From Camelus dromedarius (Eukaryota): a DNA stretch of 64,000 bases. Position numbers and translations under genes: made by a program. The stretch covers positions 55,802,001 through 55,866,000 of the forward strand of contig NC_087436.1 of assembly GCF_036321535.1 (NCBI RefSeq), read 5' to 3'. Below, in pieces: positions 14,045-28,629 of this stretch. Each line of letters starts with the position of its first letter. Within the stretch, counting starts at the first letter, position 1. A model generated the notes under the pieces. The model did no database searches. It saw only the letters and a program-made list of their open reading frames with translations, and was not told the origin of the DNA.

Positions 14045-14575
14045 ATGTATTACTCTCTATCAAATTACCAAAGAATTGAGATGGCTTACAATAACAGTAA
14101 TCAGTTATTATCTCTCATAATTTCTTTAGGTCAGATGGGAAGCTGGGGAAGCATGATGTCTAGGGCATTAGTTGAAAGACTCTAAGTCCAGGGACTGGAA
14201 TAATCTAAAGTTTTTTATCCACTCAAAGTTTGATGTCGGCTCTCAGCTGAAGACCTAACTGGTGCTATCAGCCAGAACACACACAAGTGGCCTCTCCATA
14301 TGGTCTGGGCTTCTTCACAACATGGTAGCAAGTATTTCAAGAACAAGATAGGTGGGAGCTGTGCTGTCTTTAAGATTTAGCCCTGGAAATCATGAGGCAT
14401 CATTTCTGCTGCATTCCACTGGTTGAAGAAATTACAGAAGCCTGCCCAGGTTCAAGGGGAAGAAACAAAGACCCTGCCTCTCAGTACAGGAGCACCCAAG
14501 CCATACTGAAAGAAGAGGATGTTGGATGGCCTATATACCGACGTAGACATTTTTGGGGAAGCATAATTTGCCATA
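14045..14575 (-). mobile_element. MaLR LTR (MLT1H-like)
   Basis: 'gtggcctctccatatggtctgggcttcttcacaacatgg' and 'catttctgctgcattccactgg...cccaggttcaagggga'. Confidence 0.75.
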
Positions 14576-15944
14576 TGGTCTATTGATCCTATACCAGAAG
14601 AATCTTTTCCCCCATAGCCAGACTGAGCCAAACATCTATCTTGTATAATGACTGGCTGTCACATTGAATGAGCTGGGAAGCCTTTGAACGATTTTCATTG
14701 AAACTGATCTCTTTCAAACATTTGAGGGCAAAGAAATCAAAGAAACAAAAACAGTGGGATAGTAATTTTATTTATGCATTCTACCATATTTACATCTCCA
14801 AATTACCATAGCATTTTCAGTAACATCTTACCCTCTCTTTAAAATTATTATAGAGCCCAAGTAATTGAGAGCTGCTATATTTCATATATTTTATTTAAGC
14901 TGTAAAGGAAACAGCATAACAAATCATAGCATAAATCTTTGAAAAACAAGTTTTTATTTTCTGAATTTCCAATAATGAGTAAATTCCTTCTCCTGAGTAA
15001 ATGCCCAATCCACCCACACTCCTTCAGCATGATCTACAGTCCATTATAAAAAGTCAAGCTTTTTTTTCCACTTTATATGACTACCTTTCCTCCAAAAATA
15101 AGTCTTGAGGAATTCTATGCCTTAGATTCCAAACATGTTTTTGACTTTTCAGTGAATTTAAATGTATTGGATCATATCTGATACAGGTCTAGAAAACTCA
15201 TAAATTCAATTTATGATTCTTATTAGTTGTACGTGATGCTAAATTTTTTTTATTATTAACATTTTCTTATTTAGTATTTCAAAATACTAAATTTTAAATT
15301 AAAGGCAGTTGTATATTGGATACAATAAAATACCGAATACTGAAGAGTTTGTTTAAAAATGTAAGAATAGTTTTAAGCTACTGAGACAAGGTAGTTGTTA
15401 ATATTCATGTAAAAAGAAAACAGCTAACCAAATTATTAATAGATAAGAAGATGAATAATTGGTCAGCACATTCATTAAAATGATTATATGTAAACGGAAT
15501 ACAAATAAATTGTGCCTGACAGACTCAGAAACAACATAACACACTCAAGAGAAAAATGAGTTCTACAGAAATTTCTCAGATTTTTTTCACACCTAATCCC
15601 AGTTCTGAAACTGCATTCTGACTACTCCCGATTGCTTATAACTGTGCTAGGCAGATTGTCCCAGTATCTTCATACTCCATACTTTGCCCTCATTGCTTGA
15701 ATCAAAGTTGTTCTGGATGTTTCAAATTGCTTCTTGAACCCTCATTCACCTATCCACTGTGAAACCACCAATTATTTTTGGTAACCATGAACGTGCCCAA
15801 CCCTGGATTCCTTTTCTCCTGGCATAAAATTACCAAAAGCTTCTCAAACCATTTCTGTGATCCCCTAAAGGTGATTATTAAATGCTTCCTGTTTCACACT
15901 GCTTTTTTCTTACTTTCAGAATGAGTCTTAGAGCATGGGCCTCT

Positions 15945-16340
15945 GTGTTAGTCTAGATAGATATTAGGCTGATCTAAGAGATTCAAAAATATTAGTGTGC
16001 ATAAGTCTGATTGGCTTACGTGGCAACTTGATGGTGATAGAGATACAGTTTTCTTCTGACTTATTGCTCTGACTCTAAACATGCAGCTTTGATCTGAGGT
16101 TCAAGCAAGCTGTGATGGCTTCTTTCTTCATAAAGGTATTCTGGACAATGGCAAAAGAGAAAACAAGAGAGAAGAGCATATTCTTTTATGATCATGATTC
16201 AGAAGTTGTGTTACCGTGTCCCACAAGTGGAACCCAGTCACATGACCTCTCCTTGTAGCAAAGGTTGTTATATAGTTGGTCATATGTATAGAAAAGGGGA
16301 GATCTGATAATGGGGAGAAATCAGCCATCTCTGCCAAAAC
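15945..16340 (-). mobile_element. degenerate MaLR LTR (MLT1-like)
   Basis: 'tgtgttagtctagatagatattaggct' and 'ccagtcacatgacc' motifs. Confidence 0.5.
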
Positions 16341-16540
16341 TTTAGAGCCAGATGGATTTGAGCTATAATCCCAGCTCTGTAATTTATTAGCTATTAGGGC
16401 TCATGAAATTCTAAAAGCTTCAGTGTCCTTATCAGATTTGACTTATTTCAAAGAGGTATTAAGCAGATTACATCCAACATGAATATAAAATGTTTATCTC
16501 TGTGTTTGGAATATAATATGTGCTCAATAAATGAGAGCTA
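16340..16540 (+). mobile_element. MIR SINE
   Basis: 'tttagagccagatggatttg...aatcccagctctg' and tail 'gtgctcaataaatg'. Confidence 0.65.
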
Positions 16541-18349
16541 GTAGAGACAGAAAAAGAATGTTAACAAAGTTAAAGACTCTTCAGGCAGGAAATATGATTA
16601 GGAAGCTAGGCTGGAGAGATAAAGGCAAGAAAGAAGGATCTTGATTATTAAGGATATAGGTGAATATGCCAAGAACATAAAGACTGTGCATAAAGCAGAT
16701 GAGTGAAATATCAGGAGCTAACTCACAGCTGAAATATATCCCTGATTTCTTCATTGATTTTTATTTTCTTCTAGTCATCAGAGGTCAACATTTTTTCCTC
16801 TTATATATATTGAATACAAAACTCTGCGTTAATCATGATTTTCTTACACTGATTGAATGTGGCAATTGCCATACACTTTCAGCAAGTTCAGAGAAGAGTC
16901 AAAACTCAGGCCGTTCTCCACCTCCCATAGCTACTAACTTGTGGTGAAAACTGACTGATTTGAGCTCTCACCAATACAGATACTAAAGCATGATACAGAA
17001 ATGTATCATACATCCAGAGTTGGTAGCAAATAAACATTTTCCAGAGAGTTCTTAGCCTGGCCCCAGGGAAAATTCTAGGTAAAAGGAGAAGGCCAGGTAG
17101 TCAAGTCTGGTCAACCCTTTCAAGCATAGCAATGCTGCTTTAACCTACTGGAGTCCTCCTTTGTTTTCTCCTTTTAGGAAATAATATGAAACATGTTCTG
17201 TCACACGATTCAGGTTCTAAGTGCTACAAAGACTCTGTCAATAATTTCTTAGATCATCTGCATTAGCTACAAAGTATAATTTCCTCTACAGAAACTTTTC
17301 ATCTCCCACTAATTCACTCATTTCTCCCCAAATTGTGCACCTCCTCCTTTTATATCTACTTTACTTAAGACAGTAACTGGTATATAAAAATCTCACTACA
17401 TTTTGCTGAACAACTAAATCCAAAAATGAATTAATATTAACTTTTACTGACTGAACAAGTCACTATCACAAGAATCTCATTAAAGATCATGCCATCACTA
17501 AAATGACAGCACTGTAGAGTTGGAAGAACTCTGGGCTTGAAAAAAAAATTGTCATTATATTTCCTACTTCTAAAACTCATGAGTTCTGCCATTACAGACA
17601 AATTCTTGACAAAATTTTAAACAATGCTGAACTTCACTGTCTTTTTATGTAAAATGGAAATTCAACTCAGACAATATACATAAGAACACTCTGTAAGTTG
17701 TAAATTGCAAACCAAAATTAAAATATTGTTATTAAATCCAAACTGGAATCAATTTCTACTATGGCTGCATGGGTTTTAAGCTGATGTAATGCAATAAAAT
17801 AAGCTTTTCTTTATAAAAAGCCCATGTGTGTGCTTGGTACTAGGACAAGCATGTGATAGTATTTCCACCCTAGATGCATTTTTTAATGTCCACACAGATT
17901 CTTATTTCTGAAAAATTGGTGCTCTTACAACTAGACACATGAGTATTGAGCCAATAAAACCAACTGAAGAATGGGAGGAATTATCTTACACTTGAAGTCA
18001 TTGTTTCACATTTCTGAAGCTCCCAGTGGGCTCTAAACATGAGATGTTTGTCTCTTTCTGCCTTCCTTATTGTTCTTTCTCATAAGGAGATCCTTTTTAT
18101 ATCAGCGTGGAGTATATAAAATGCTTTGGGGGTAAAAGCTGGTCTTCTTTTACAGTAAATTTTTATTTATCCAATTTGGTTTTAAACAAAAACAATAAAA
18201 TCAATAGGGGTATAAAAACCAAAACAAAAATAAAATCCACTGTTAAGATCTCAATTATGTTTTGCTTACTGAACATAGAGATATACTTTAATTCTTTCCC
18301 AAAATATTCCTACTGGAGCCCGTTTCTTTTCATACATCTAATGGGAATC

Positions 18350-18545
18350 CCTATGGCTTTGGGTGTCACTTGACTCTATCAAATACTACTTCTGTGATCT
18401 TGAGTACATTGGCTAAATTTCAGAACTTAAGTTTTCTCATTTGTAAAATGATGGTAATCATCCCTGTGCCATGATACCTTAGCAAAGATTCAGTAAAAGT
18501 TTTAGCACATAAAAAACGGATCAATATAAAGTAACAATTACAATT
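18350..18545 (+). mobile_element. MIR SINE
   Basis: 'ctgtgatcttgagta...ttaagttttctcatttgtaaaatg...gtaatc'. Confidence 0.6.
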
Positions 18546-21500
18546 ATGCTCTGTAATAGCAGGAACAAGAATCAAAGTAAAAGCTATGTGGCAACAATAC
18601 CATGGCATTATAGTAAAAATCAGTAAGTCCCCCAAATGTGGTTTAATTTGAACAAGTTTATCAGGATGATTATACCACTGGTTAAGAATTTTCAGCCCAG
18701 AAGTCAATCAGATTGGATGTTTGCCATTCTAACATAAAGGCTATTGTCCAGAAAATAGCATTACTGTATACCCAGAGAAACTTTCATACAATAGGTATCA
18801 TATATCATCACTCCACTTACTCGTACCTTAGTCTAGGTTCATCTGGGCAGAGTCCTTATATTGAATCCCTCATTAAATTTCTCTTCTTTCACCCAGACAT
18901 AATATTTACTCATTTATAAATCATTTTATGACTTGAAAATCATGAGCCATAAACATAATAATTATAAATATTTTTAAGCACAAATGCAGAGGGATATATA
19001 TATAACTAAAGTGTCTTAGATTAGCTTTCACTTTTGTAAACTCAGAAGAATTGGAGAGCCATCACATATTTCATCTTCTCCATTAATAGAATTTGATACT
19101 CACTATAGGCTATTATCTATTAGACCCTATAATGATCCCTAACATTTCTATAATTTGAGTAGCTTATTACTGTTACTTTGATTTCTACCTCTTGGTTTGT
19201 CCAGTTAAGTTATTTTTTAAACCACTTGATTAAATCTAAGAATGTCATCTCCAAAATGCTGGAAAAGTCATCCTGGTTTTGTATGGAATTATTTGTACCT
19301 CATACAGCACTATTTTTTTTCTCCCAAGATTCAGAACAAATTCTTTAACAACAAACTTCACATTTTTATAATTTTATATCAGCACAGGCCACATTTCCTT
19401 TCTACCATGGAAATACATATTACCTTTGAAGGCAAAATATTCTGTGCTGATGAGGATTTTACTCATTATTATTAATCTCAAGTTTGGACCAGGCACTTTT
19501 TCTGAATGTGTCCTAATAATAGCAGAGTCTCAGCCTCAATATCAGAATTTAGCTGACATACACAATGCATGCCCTATTCCAAACATATGAGTAGATTTTG
19601 ATGGATGAATCAATAACTTTGTATATAAAATACAAAGTGAAGATCTGTGTATTTCCAATAAATATACACACCAAATGGTTTTTCTTGCTATCAGGTTCTC
19701 TCTATTGTGGAGTGAGTGGGATGAAATAAAATGGAGGCATAAAATGTGTTTAAAAAAAAAAAAAGATTTCCCATGTAAAGGAACAGACTCCCTTTGAAGG
19801 ATTTACTGTCATCAGCAAATCTGGCAGCAAATCCTCAAATATTTAGTATTAAATCACTGTTCAAAGATAGTAAGCAGAAGATAGCCTGCTTTTAAAGGCA
19901 AAACTAAGTGACAGTCTCAACACTGGGAAACAAATTATAGAGTCTGTCGATTTTATTTATTAAAGAGTAGAAGATTTAGTTTGTTAGTGGAGGAATTCTC
20001 TTTGCCTACAATGACTATTAAAACCTCTTTTTGTTTATACCATGTTAAATTTACTTCTTGAATGTAGGCCAAACAAACGTCAGGTCTTCATAAAACACAT
20101 TAGTTGAAAGATCACTTGCAGGAGCAGGAAAGTAGAGATTTTCAAGTAAGAATGGACTATGGAGTATGTTGAAAACTGCTGAACTTGTCTTCACTCAGCA
20201 GAGTCACTTATAGCTGTATTCCACGATAGCCATTAACTACCATGTGCTCATTGATTTTTCAGCTATAAGAAGAGAACAGTCATATAACAATTCAGATCAG
20301 TTGCAAATGGCTAATTCTCTGCATTTTAATCAATTTTATGACTGATCAATGATCAAAGAAACATTACCAAAGCTTTGCTTTTCACATAATAACTACACTA
20401 ATAAAAAAAAAAAAGAAAGGAAAGTAAACCAAATTGGCACTGTCTAAACATGTCCTTTTGATTTGAAATATGGTTCTCGAGGAATTAGGTAACTCCTCTC
20501 CACCCACCTCTCCCCACGAATGGGTGGTTTTGAGTACAGAGAAAGAAACGCTTGTAAATTGTTCTGAACTTTGTTTCCAGCACAATGAAACAGCTCATTG
20601 CTGTTTTCCACAAAGAGCGCTTTGTGGTCTTAGAACACAATAGATCTTATATTTTTGTTAGCTAAGTAGATGTCTAAAGCCAAACTTTACACAAACACAG
20701 TTACACCCAGTGAGAAGAATGAAGCCAACTAATGTCTCTCCTTCCCCCCTTCCTCTGTGATCACAAAGCAATAGGCCTATTTTACCCAATTCTCTTGATT
20801 TTCCTCTTCCAACTTCTTCTCCAGAGCAGCTTTTCCTAGTCCAGGTTAGTGCCCAGACTAACAACTGGGCCAATTGTTTTAGAAATTCAATAATAGAAAT
20901 CCCCTTTATAAGTCACTGGAAATGTCCTGTTTTTCTTGAGATCACTGATGATCCAAGAGTCTTGGCACAGGTGAGTGAGAGGAAAGAGAAATGAGTGAAA
21001 TTCTTTCTGGGTTTGTGGCTGAAATTTTGCCTAAACCAAAGTTCTCTTCAAATGTTTTATATCTGTTCATCCACTTAACAGCTAGATATGGCCTTCAGCT
21101 CTTCACAGAACATGAAACATACAACTTACGTTCACAAGATTACACAAGTAGCATATAAATTCTCTGTTTTCCTTAATATTATTAAGCTTACATGGAGAAC
21201 ACACACAAACATGGAATCTTATATCAGAAATTAAGTTAAAGTGCTGACTTCATTTTACTCATAAAATAAGCTCTCTCATTTTAGCACCATAAACCTTATG
21301 ATTAATTATAAACTTGTGACAAAAAATACTTCATATTTTTGGAAGAGAATAAAATATATTATGATTTTTCTTCTCATTTTAATTGCTAAATGATAGAAAA
21401 ATTAAGAGTGAACTATCTTGAAAGTTTTTTTTAAGAGTATTGATAATATAAAACAAACAAAAAAGACAAATCAATAGTGAGATAACATACAGGCATAACA

Positions 21501-23649
21501 TTGATTAGAACTAAAAATTCTAATAGTGGAAAATTACCAGTCTTTGCAAGTGTCCTTTAGTCTCATTTTTCAACCTGTGGATTCATATATAAATATTAAA
21601 ATTTATAAATATTTTATTATGGCTTTTAAGAAGAAACAAACCACATGCTACAGTAAAATGCATATGTAAGATCATTATGTTTACAGCTTAGGGTCATTTA
21701 GAAAGTTGTAAATAGAACTAAGACTTCTCTGGTTCTCAACAAAGGCTTCTAAATTTGTGTCTTCCTAGTAAGATTAAAAGCCTTTACAAGGAGAGATTGA
21801 GTCCTGCGCTAATTCTAAATTCCTAGTTTGCCTTGCATTGTGCTCACTAAAACAAACAAATGACATCAAAACATATTTGTCAAGCACCTATTATTGCTTT
21901 TGTTTGGTCATATGGGGGATAGAATAAAGTAGTATTTTGTCTTCCAGGAATTTACAATATCTCAGGAACATTAGTTGATTCTTTACTTTTTTCCAAGCTG
22001 ATCAGTTTACAGAAAGCCAGGGACTGACCTGTCCAAAAAGAGATAAATTTTAGCAAGCTCAAGTTTTATGTTGCCATTATCTTGCCTGGCTTAGGACATC
22101 CAAGCTGTACTTCCTGTAACTCATCAATCAGAGAATACTCTTTTGTTTCACCAAATTGCAAGAATTTATAATATACTTTACATCATAAATATGACATTTC
22201 TTATTCCCTAGGCCTTTAAGTGTAGAACTGTGTTCCTGATTTCTAAACCTTCACTATTTTAATGTCACTCAAATACAGCAGTGTTATCCTTTCTTTGATA
22301 GTAATGAAAATTATTCCTCTTGATTTGTGAAATATTGCATAATTTACATTTCAGGTCCTCCCTTTCATACATCCTCCTCCTAGTTTCTAAGATTCTAGAC
22401 ATAGAGAAGAGTGATAGTATCTTAACTAGGAATCTTTCCCTCTTTAAATTTTGACAAAAATTATTCCAATAACTTCTAACAATTACTCTTTCCAGAGACT
22501 CTATCTAGGATGCTAGGACCTAGAGATGCAGAGTCAAATAAAATAGTATTTCTACCCTGATTAGAATAGGCATGGCTGGAGACAAGTTACAAGAGATTAA
22601 AAGATAAGACATGAATCCCACAACCTAGGTCACATAACAAAAAAAAAAAAAAAAAAGTAGAAGTGAGCCAATTTGTTCTCAGGAAGTCTAACTATAGAGT
22701 CTCTGCTCATGGGAGCACTGAGAACATCAAAAAGAAAGGAAAGAAAGGAAATGAAGAAAGGAAAAAAGAAAGAAAGAAAAAAGAAAAAGAGCTAGAAGGA
22801 GAAAAGTATCACAGTAAATTACCGGAGTTTTTAAACTTTTAAAGCTAAAAGAATTTCAAAATATAACAACATATGACTCATGAAGATTAATATGGTACAA
22901 AGAAGATTCAACTACTTGGAATATAGAATTGACTCATACACTTCACTGTCCAAATTCACCCAATTCCCATATACCCAGAATGCAGATAGTATATGGCTCT
23001 GCTCCAGATGTCTCTCTGTTGATATGCTCTCCAGTTCTTCATACCATATTTGCTGATTGTAAATAGTCCTTTGCATTTTCTTTTCTATTTCTCCTAACCA
23101 CTTCTTCCAAACTCTCATTAAATTATGTGACTTCAATATTATTGGAATCACTCCTGTTATCCTCTGAAATTCACTATCTAGTTTCTCAGACTGGTTGGCT
23201 TCATTCTAGGCGACTCCCACACAAAGTCATTAATTTGTCTTCCTGCCTATAATCTTCTGCTTCAGGCTTTGATCTTTACCATATTTTTTTTTCAATTTGT
23301 AAAAGTAATTACATGTAGCTATCATAGCCCATATTTGTTGAGAAGGAAAAAGACAGAATTGATAGAAATCACTTCCTTAAGCATGGCCAGATTAGAAAAT
23401 GGAGAATAATATCTCATCAAATGTTACCCTGGCATATGCCAGTATACAACTGAGTCAATAGTAGAATGCTGAGATGATCACAAAGATACTCTTTTTTCAG
23501 CCATTCACATACTTTGAAGAAACAAATAACAAATAAAAGTAGATTCTAGGAAATTATCTTGGAAAGGAAGGATAAATAATGAATAATTATAATAAAGATT
23601 TGGATAACAGAGATAATCTTATAGAATAACAAATATAACATATTAAAGT

Positions 23650-24005
23650 AAGCTAGACTAAGCTATGGTAACTAGGATCCCCAAATATCAATGACCTAAC
23701 ATCATAAAACTTGATTTCCTGTTTAATGAGTACACCTTGATACAGGTTGAGCACTCTCAGATTTGTGACTCTTCTCATTACATGTCTTCACCACCCAAAG
23801 TCATTTGTTTTCAGTCACAAGGATGAGGTTGAAAGAGGACAGTGCAGAAAGTCCATTACCAAGCCAGGAAATGGTGTATATAACTTCTCTCTACATTCCG
23901 TTAGCCAAAACTAGTCACACAGGAAACAGAAATACAGTTTTTTTTCCCTTGTGTTTGCAGGAAGAGAAAACAAATTAGAAAGAATCTGTCTAATCTCCAC
24001 CACAT
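23650..24005 (-). mobile_element. degenerate MaLR LTR (MLT1-like)
   Basis: 'tacattccgttagccaaaactagtcaca' motif. Confidence 0.5.
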
Positions 24006-24104
24006 GTACCAAAGTTTTTAAAATCACAGAATGTTGGAATTACATAGAAACATAAGACTTTATACTAACACTTAAAGTTACTATATAATATCTAGCCTTT
24101 TGTT

Positions 24105-25860
24105 TTTAAACAGCTTCATTAAAGCATAGTTTACATACTATAAAATTTGCCTGTCTTAAACATACAATGCAATTTGTTTTGTTTTGTTTTGTTTTGTTTT
24201 TAATTTTTAAGTTGGGCAATCACCACCAAAATCCAGATTTAATACACTTCCATCAACTCAACAAAATCCCTAATGCCCATCTGGAATTAACCCCATTCCC
24301 AATCCCAGCCACAGGAAACCACTAATCTTTTTTCTTTTTTTAAATAGATTTGCCTTCTTTGGACAGTGCATATTAAGGTATTTGTAAAACATGTGAGCTT
24401 TTGACTCTTGCTTCTTTTGAATTACCAGCCTATATATAAGATTTATCCATGTGGGAGCATGTATCAGTAGTCAAGACCTTTTTATTGCAGAATAGTATTC
24501 CACTACATAGATACACGGTAATATTTTTTTTATCTACTCACCATTTGATGGACATTCGATTCCATCCATCTGGGGCGCTGATTAATAATGCTCCTGTGAG
24601 CATTTTTATACAAGCCTTTATGTGGTTATCTGTTCCCTTTCTTTCAGGTAGATACTTAGAAGTGGAATTGCTGGCTCATATGCTAAATTCATATTTAACC
24701 TTTTTGCTTCCTCTGTATCAATTAGGGCTCTCTTTGTAAGTATTCATATGTTCATAATTTCTATATATTCTCATGATCATTTTCTCTCTAATAATATTTT
24801 TCCTTTAAAGTCTATTTTGTGTGATATTAATATAACAACTCCAACTCTCATATGGTTGTAATTTTAATGGCTTATCTCTCCTCTTCATTTTACATTCAGC
24901 CTTTTGGTATTTTTTAGTAAGTCTAACTTATGTCTCTTGTAGATAGCAAATATTGGGATTCTATTTTCTATCTAGACTGATAATCACTGCCTTTTGATTG
25001 GAATGTCTAATCTGTTTACCTTTAATGTAAAAGTCAACTATAAGTTTCCCATTTTGCTTTTTGATCTCTATGTATCTTATGTCATGTTTCTCTGTTCCTC
25101 TTTTTGGTACCTTCTAAAAACATATAAAATATATTATAGTAAAATATGCACCATATACTCCAGTAAAATATAGAAACTTGGCTTCAAAATTTCCTCCCTG
25201 TTTCTTCAAACAATCATTATCATATATAATTTTATATGTTATACACCCAACAATACAGTTTTATAACTATTGTTTTATACAACTTTCTTTTAATTTGATT
25301 AAGAGAAATAAAGAGAACAAATTATTATACTGGTTTTGTATTTACCTACATAAAAATTTTAGCAGTGCTTTTTTTATCTTTGCATGGGTTGGAGTTACCA
25401 CCTGGAGTCATTTCCTTTTCACCTGAAGGATTTCCTTTGGTATTTTTTGTAAATGAAGTCTACTAGCAACAAATTATCTATTTTAGTTTACATGGAAGTA
25501 TCTGTATCTTGCCTTCAGTTTTTGAAGCATAGTTTTTGCTGAATACAGAATTCTTGGTTGATAGTTTTATTTTGTTTTCTTTGTTGTTGTTGTTTTGTTT
25601 GTTTTTTTTCTCAGGCCTTTGACTATATCATTCCACTACTTTCTAGCCCCCATTGTTTCTGCTGAAAAGTAAGCAATATTCTTACTGCAAATCCCTTGTA
25701 TGCATTAAGTCATTTTTCTCTTGCTGATTTAAAGATTTTCATTTTGTCTTTGTCTTTCAACAGTTTGATAATAATGTATCTATGTATCTCTTTGTATTAT
25801 TTTAAAGTGAGTATCATTGAGCTTGGATGTATAAATTAATGTTTTTCAGTTCAATAAACA
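24105..25860 (-). mobile_element. old L1M fragments (3' end 24105-24720, more 5' segment 24720-25860)
   Basis: antisense L1 3' UTR motifs 'gaatagtattccact...catttgatggacatt', 'tagatacttagaagtggaattgctgg'; 'gaatacagaattcttggttgatag'. Confidence 0.75.
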
Positions 25861-26949
25861 CTTTAAAATAAAGACTGGGCTTTTTTCTATCTATCTTCAA
25901 TATTGGGGACTTTCCATCAGGATTTTCTTATTGACCTACATAATTATCACTTCTAGAAATGTGGAAAGATCCCTCTGGGTTGTTTATTCTTTCTATGTCT
26001 TTCATGTCAGTTCTCCAGCATTGGATCCTCTGGGATTTCAAAGTGGAATACTTTTTTTCCATGAGGCTCCGGAAGAAGCAGCTTTCCTACCCTGTGGGGT
26101 AAGTGGCTGCCTGAAAATTAACTTGTGAGAAAAATTAGAACCTAGAGATAGAGATGGAGGAACCAATCCATAGCACACTATTTGGAATGGATCCAGTGCC
26201 ATTTGAAGCCAGACATAACCCTAGACTTTTTAGGTAAGTTAACTGATGAATTCCTTTGTATTATGAAGTAGTATGAGCTGGATTTCTGTCACTTGAAATT
26301 GAAAAAAATCCTGATATGTTTATATAGTTTTTCTTCTTCCAGATGGCAAGATATAAGGAAAAATTTATATTTGTTTGGTTCAACATTTCTATTTCTCTAG
26401 GATATTTGTAATTTTCATCTGCAGCTTCCAGTTAAACCCCAGTTTAGTAAATGCCTCACTGTGCACAATCTTTCAGGAGGCAGTACAAGATGAAAACTGG
26501 TTGAGGCTGAAGAAAATTCTTCTTCCTGTTCTCTGAAAATCAGGGTGAAATGTTTGTCCTAGATTTGGCCAATAAGATGTCTGTATTCTCATCTTTGAAT
26601 CTTGGTTTAATGATACAGAGACAAGGGAGAGTCAGAATCTATTTTATAGAATCAGCAATGATATCCCTTAGGAATTGTAACATCATCATGACCAAAATTT
26701 TGTGTCAATGTAAGCTCTTACGCAGCCTTGGTTACTGTTTTGGGCAACCCTGGTTACTAATTATCTTTCAGTCCTAGTCCTATAACTTCAGTTTGTTTAT
26801 TCTATGTTCTCTTGATGCACTTCTAGCAAATTTTCTTTTTGTCTGATAGCCAAAATTTGTTAGCATTGCCTGCCTCTCAAATATTCTTACTGGTAAATCA
26901 GTAAAACTTCTATAAAGGAAAAACTCAGATTTTTTTTTTTCCTTTTCTA

Positions 26950-27918
26950 TGTAGGGAAAAACCCAGTCCTTCTCCACTGTGTGTTTTCCCTCTGTGTGTC
27001 TCCTTTACTACTCACATAGAGCACGTCAATTCTGATCACCAAATGTGTGGAGCTTTTTCCCCCACCAAGCAATTCTCTGATGCCAGCTTGGTGTCCTACA
27101 ATTTAACTCAATTCTGACACTGTCTTCCTGGAGGCAGTGTCAGATCCCACAGGTTAAGGGCTCAGCCCCACAGGACAATCCAATTCCCTACTTCCCTTCA
27201 GATGTCAGTTGCAAGTAGTAGGTTCTCAAGTTAGCCACAACTTCTGTCTGAATTGGCTACAAAGTGGAGGTTCCCATGACCTCCTCTCGCTTTGGCTTCA
27301 ATTAATTTGCTAGAGTAGCTCATAGGACTTAGGGAAATATTTGCTTATGTTTACCAGTTTATTACAAAGAATGTGATCAAGGACACAGCTGAACATGCAG
27401 TTGAAAAGACTCACAGGGCAAGGTAAGTGGGAAGGGGAATGGAGCGTCCATGCTCTCTCCAGGCATCTCACTCTCCTGGCATCGTCATGTGTTCACCAAC
27501 CTGGAAGCTCCCTGAACCCCACAGTTTAGGGATTTTATGGAGGCTTCATCACATAGGCATGATAGAACAATTAACTCTATTTTCATCGCTTCTTCCTTCA
27601 AGAGATTTGGTAGGTAGGGCTGAGAATCCCAAATTTCTAATCATGGCTTGGTCTTTCTGCTGATCAGCTCTCATCCAGGAGCCATCCAGGAGCCCACCCA
27701 GAGTCACCTCATTAGAATAAAAGATGCTCTTAATTCTCTTATCACATTAGAAGTTACAAGGGTTTTTAGGAACCCAATGTTAGGGACAGAATCAAACACA
27801 AATATGCAACCAAGAAATGTTCCTAGTGTTCTTATTACTAAGGAAATTATAAGGATTTTAGGAGTTTGGTGCCAGGAAATGAGGGCAGAGGTAAATTTAT
27901 TTTTTCTGTTACCTCACA
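26950..27918 (-). mobile_element. solo LTR, MER21-like
   Basis: TG...CA termini; reverse-complement similarity to the 10444-11320 element ('gtgtcagatcccacaggtt', 'tggtctttctgctgatcagctctcatccaggagccatccaggagcccaccc'). Confidence 0.85.
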
Positions 27919-28274
27919 ATTTTCATGATTACTACAGAATAGACAATCAGTAAATAACTATTAAAAATAGGAATTTTGATTAAAAAAATAAATATTTGAG
28001 GAAGAAATATTTTTCTATTTGACTGGATTTTTTTTTCTTCTTTGCACTCAATACAGGTCAATAAATATGTATAGAAAGGCCCTATATTAAGCTATCTCAT
28101 CTATACAGACATTTGTAAAACACAGTAATTTATTTCAAAATGCTTATATTATAATTAAGGATTTCTAAGAGTAAAATAAAGAGATGAACGATAAGGAAAC
28201 TATTAGTTACTTTTCCCCAGAATCCTACTTTTGCCAGAATTATGAATAACAAAACCTGTTATACCTACAAATGT

Positions 28275-28555
28275 TCATTTACTTAAAAATATTTACTGAG
28301 TAGGGGGAGGGTTTAGCTCAGTGGTAGGGTGTGCACTTAGCATTTACGAGGTCTTGGGTTCAAACCTCAGTACCTCCATTAAAAAGATAAAAATATAAAT
28401 AAATGAAAATAAATAAACCTAATTACCCCTCCCAAATTTTTTTAACAATATATATTTACTGAGAATCTCCTGGGTGGTAGGCACATGATAGATGCTGGAG
28501 ATATAGCAGAGCACAAGACAGTCAAATCTGTGTCTTAACAGAATTTGTATTTTGA
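28275..28555 (-). mobile_element. L2 3' end, interrupted by the SINE
   Basis: 'ttcatttac...aaatatttactgag|aatctcctgggtggtaggcacatgatagatgctggagata'. Confidence 0.6.
28303..28451 (+). mobile_element. tRNA-derived SINE (camelid Vic-1-like)
   Basis: A box 'tagctcagtgg', B box 'ggttcaaacc', AT-rich tail 'aaataaacctaattacccctccc'; 12-bp TSD atatttactgag at 28289-28300 and 28452-28463. Confidence 0.85.
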
Positions 28556-28629
28556 CAGTTAACCTATTTACCAACGAGAATATTTAAATTCATAAAACAT
28601 TACACATGTGTTAAAAAGTATCAGAACTA

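Noticed and set aside
27427..27953. ORFs of 78 and 101 aa
   Set aside because: Inside the MER21-like LTR, with no recognisable domain
28303..28378. tRNA gene
   Set aside because: The tRNA-like head is degenerate and is followed by a SINE tail and TSD, so it is a SINE
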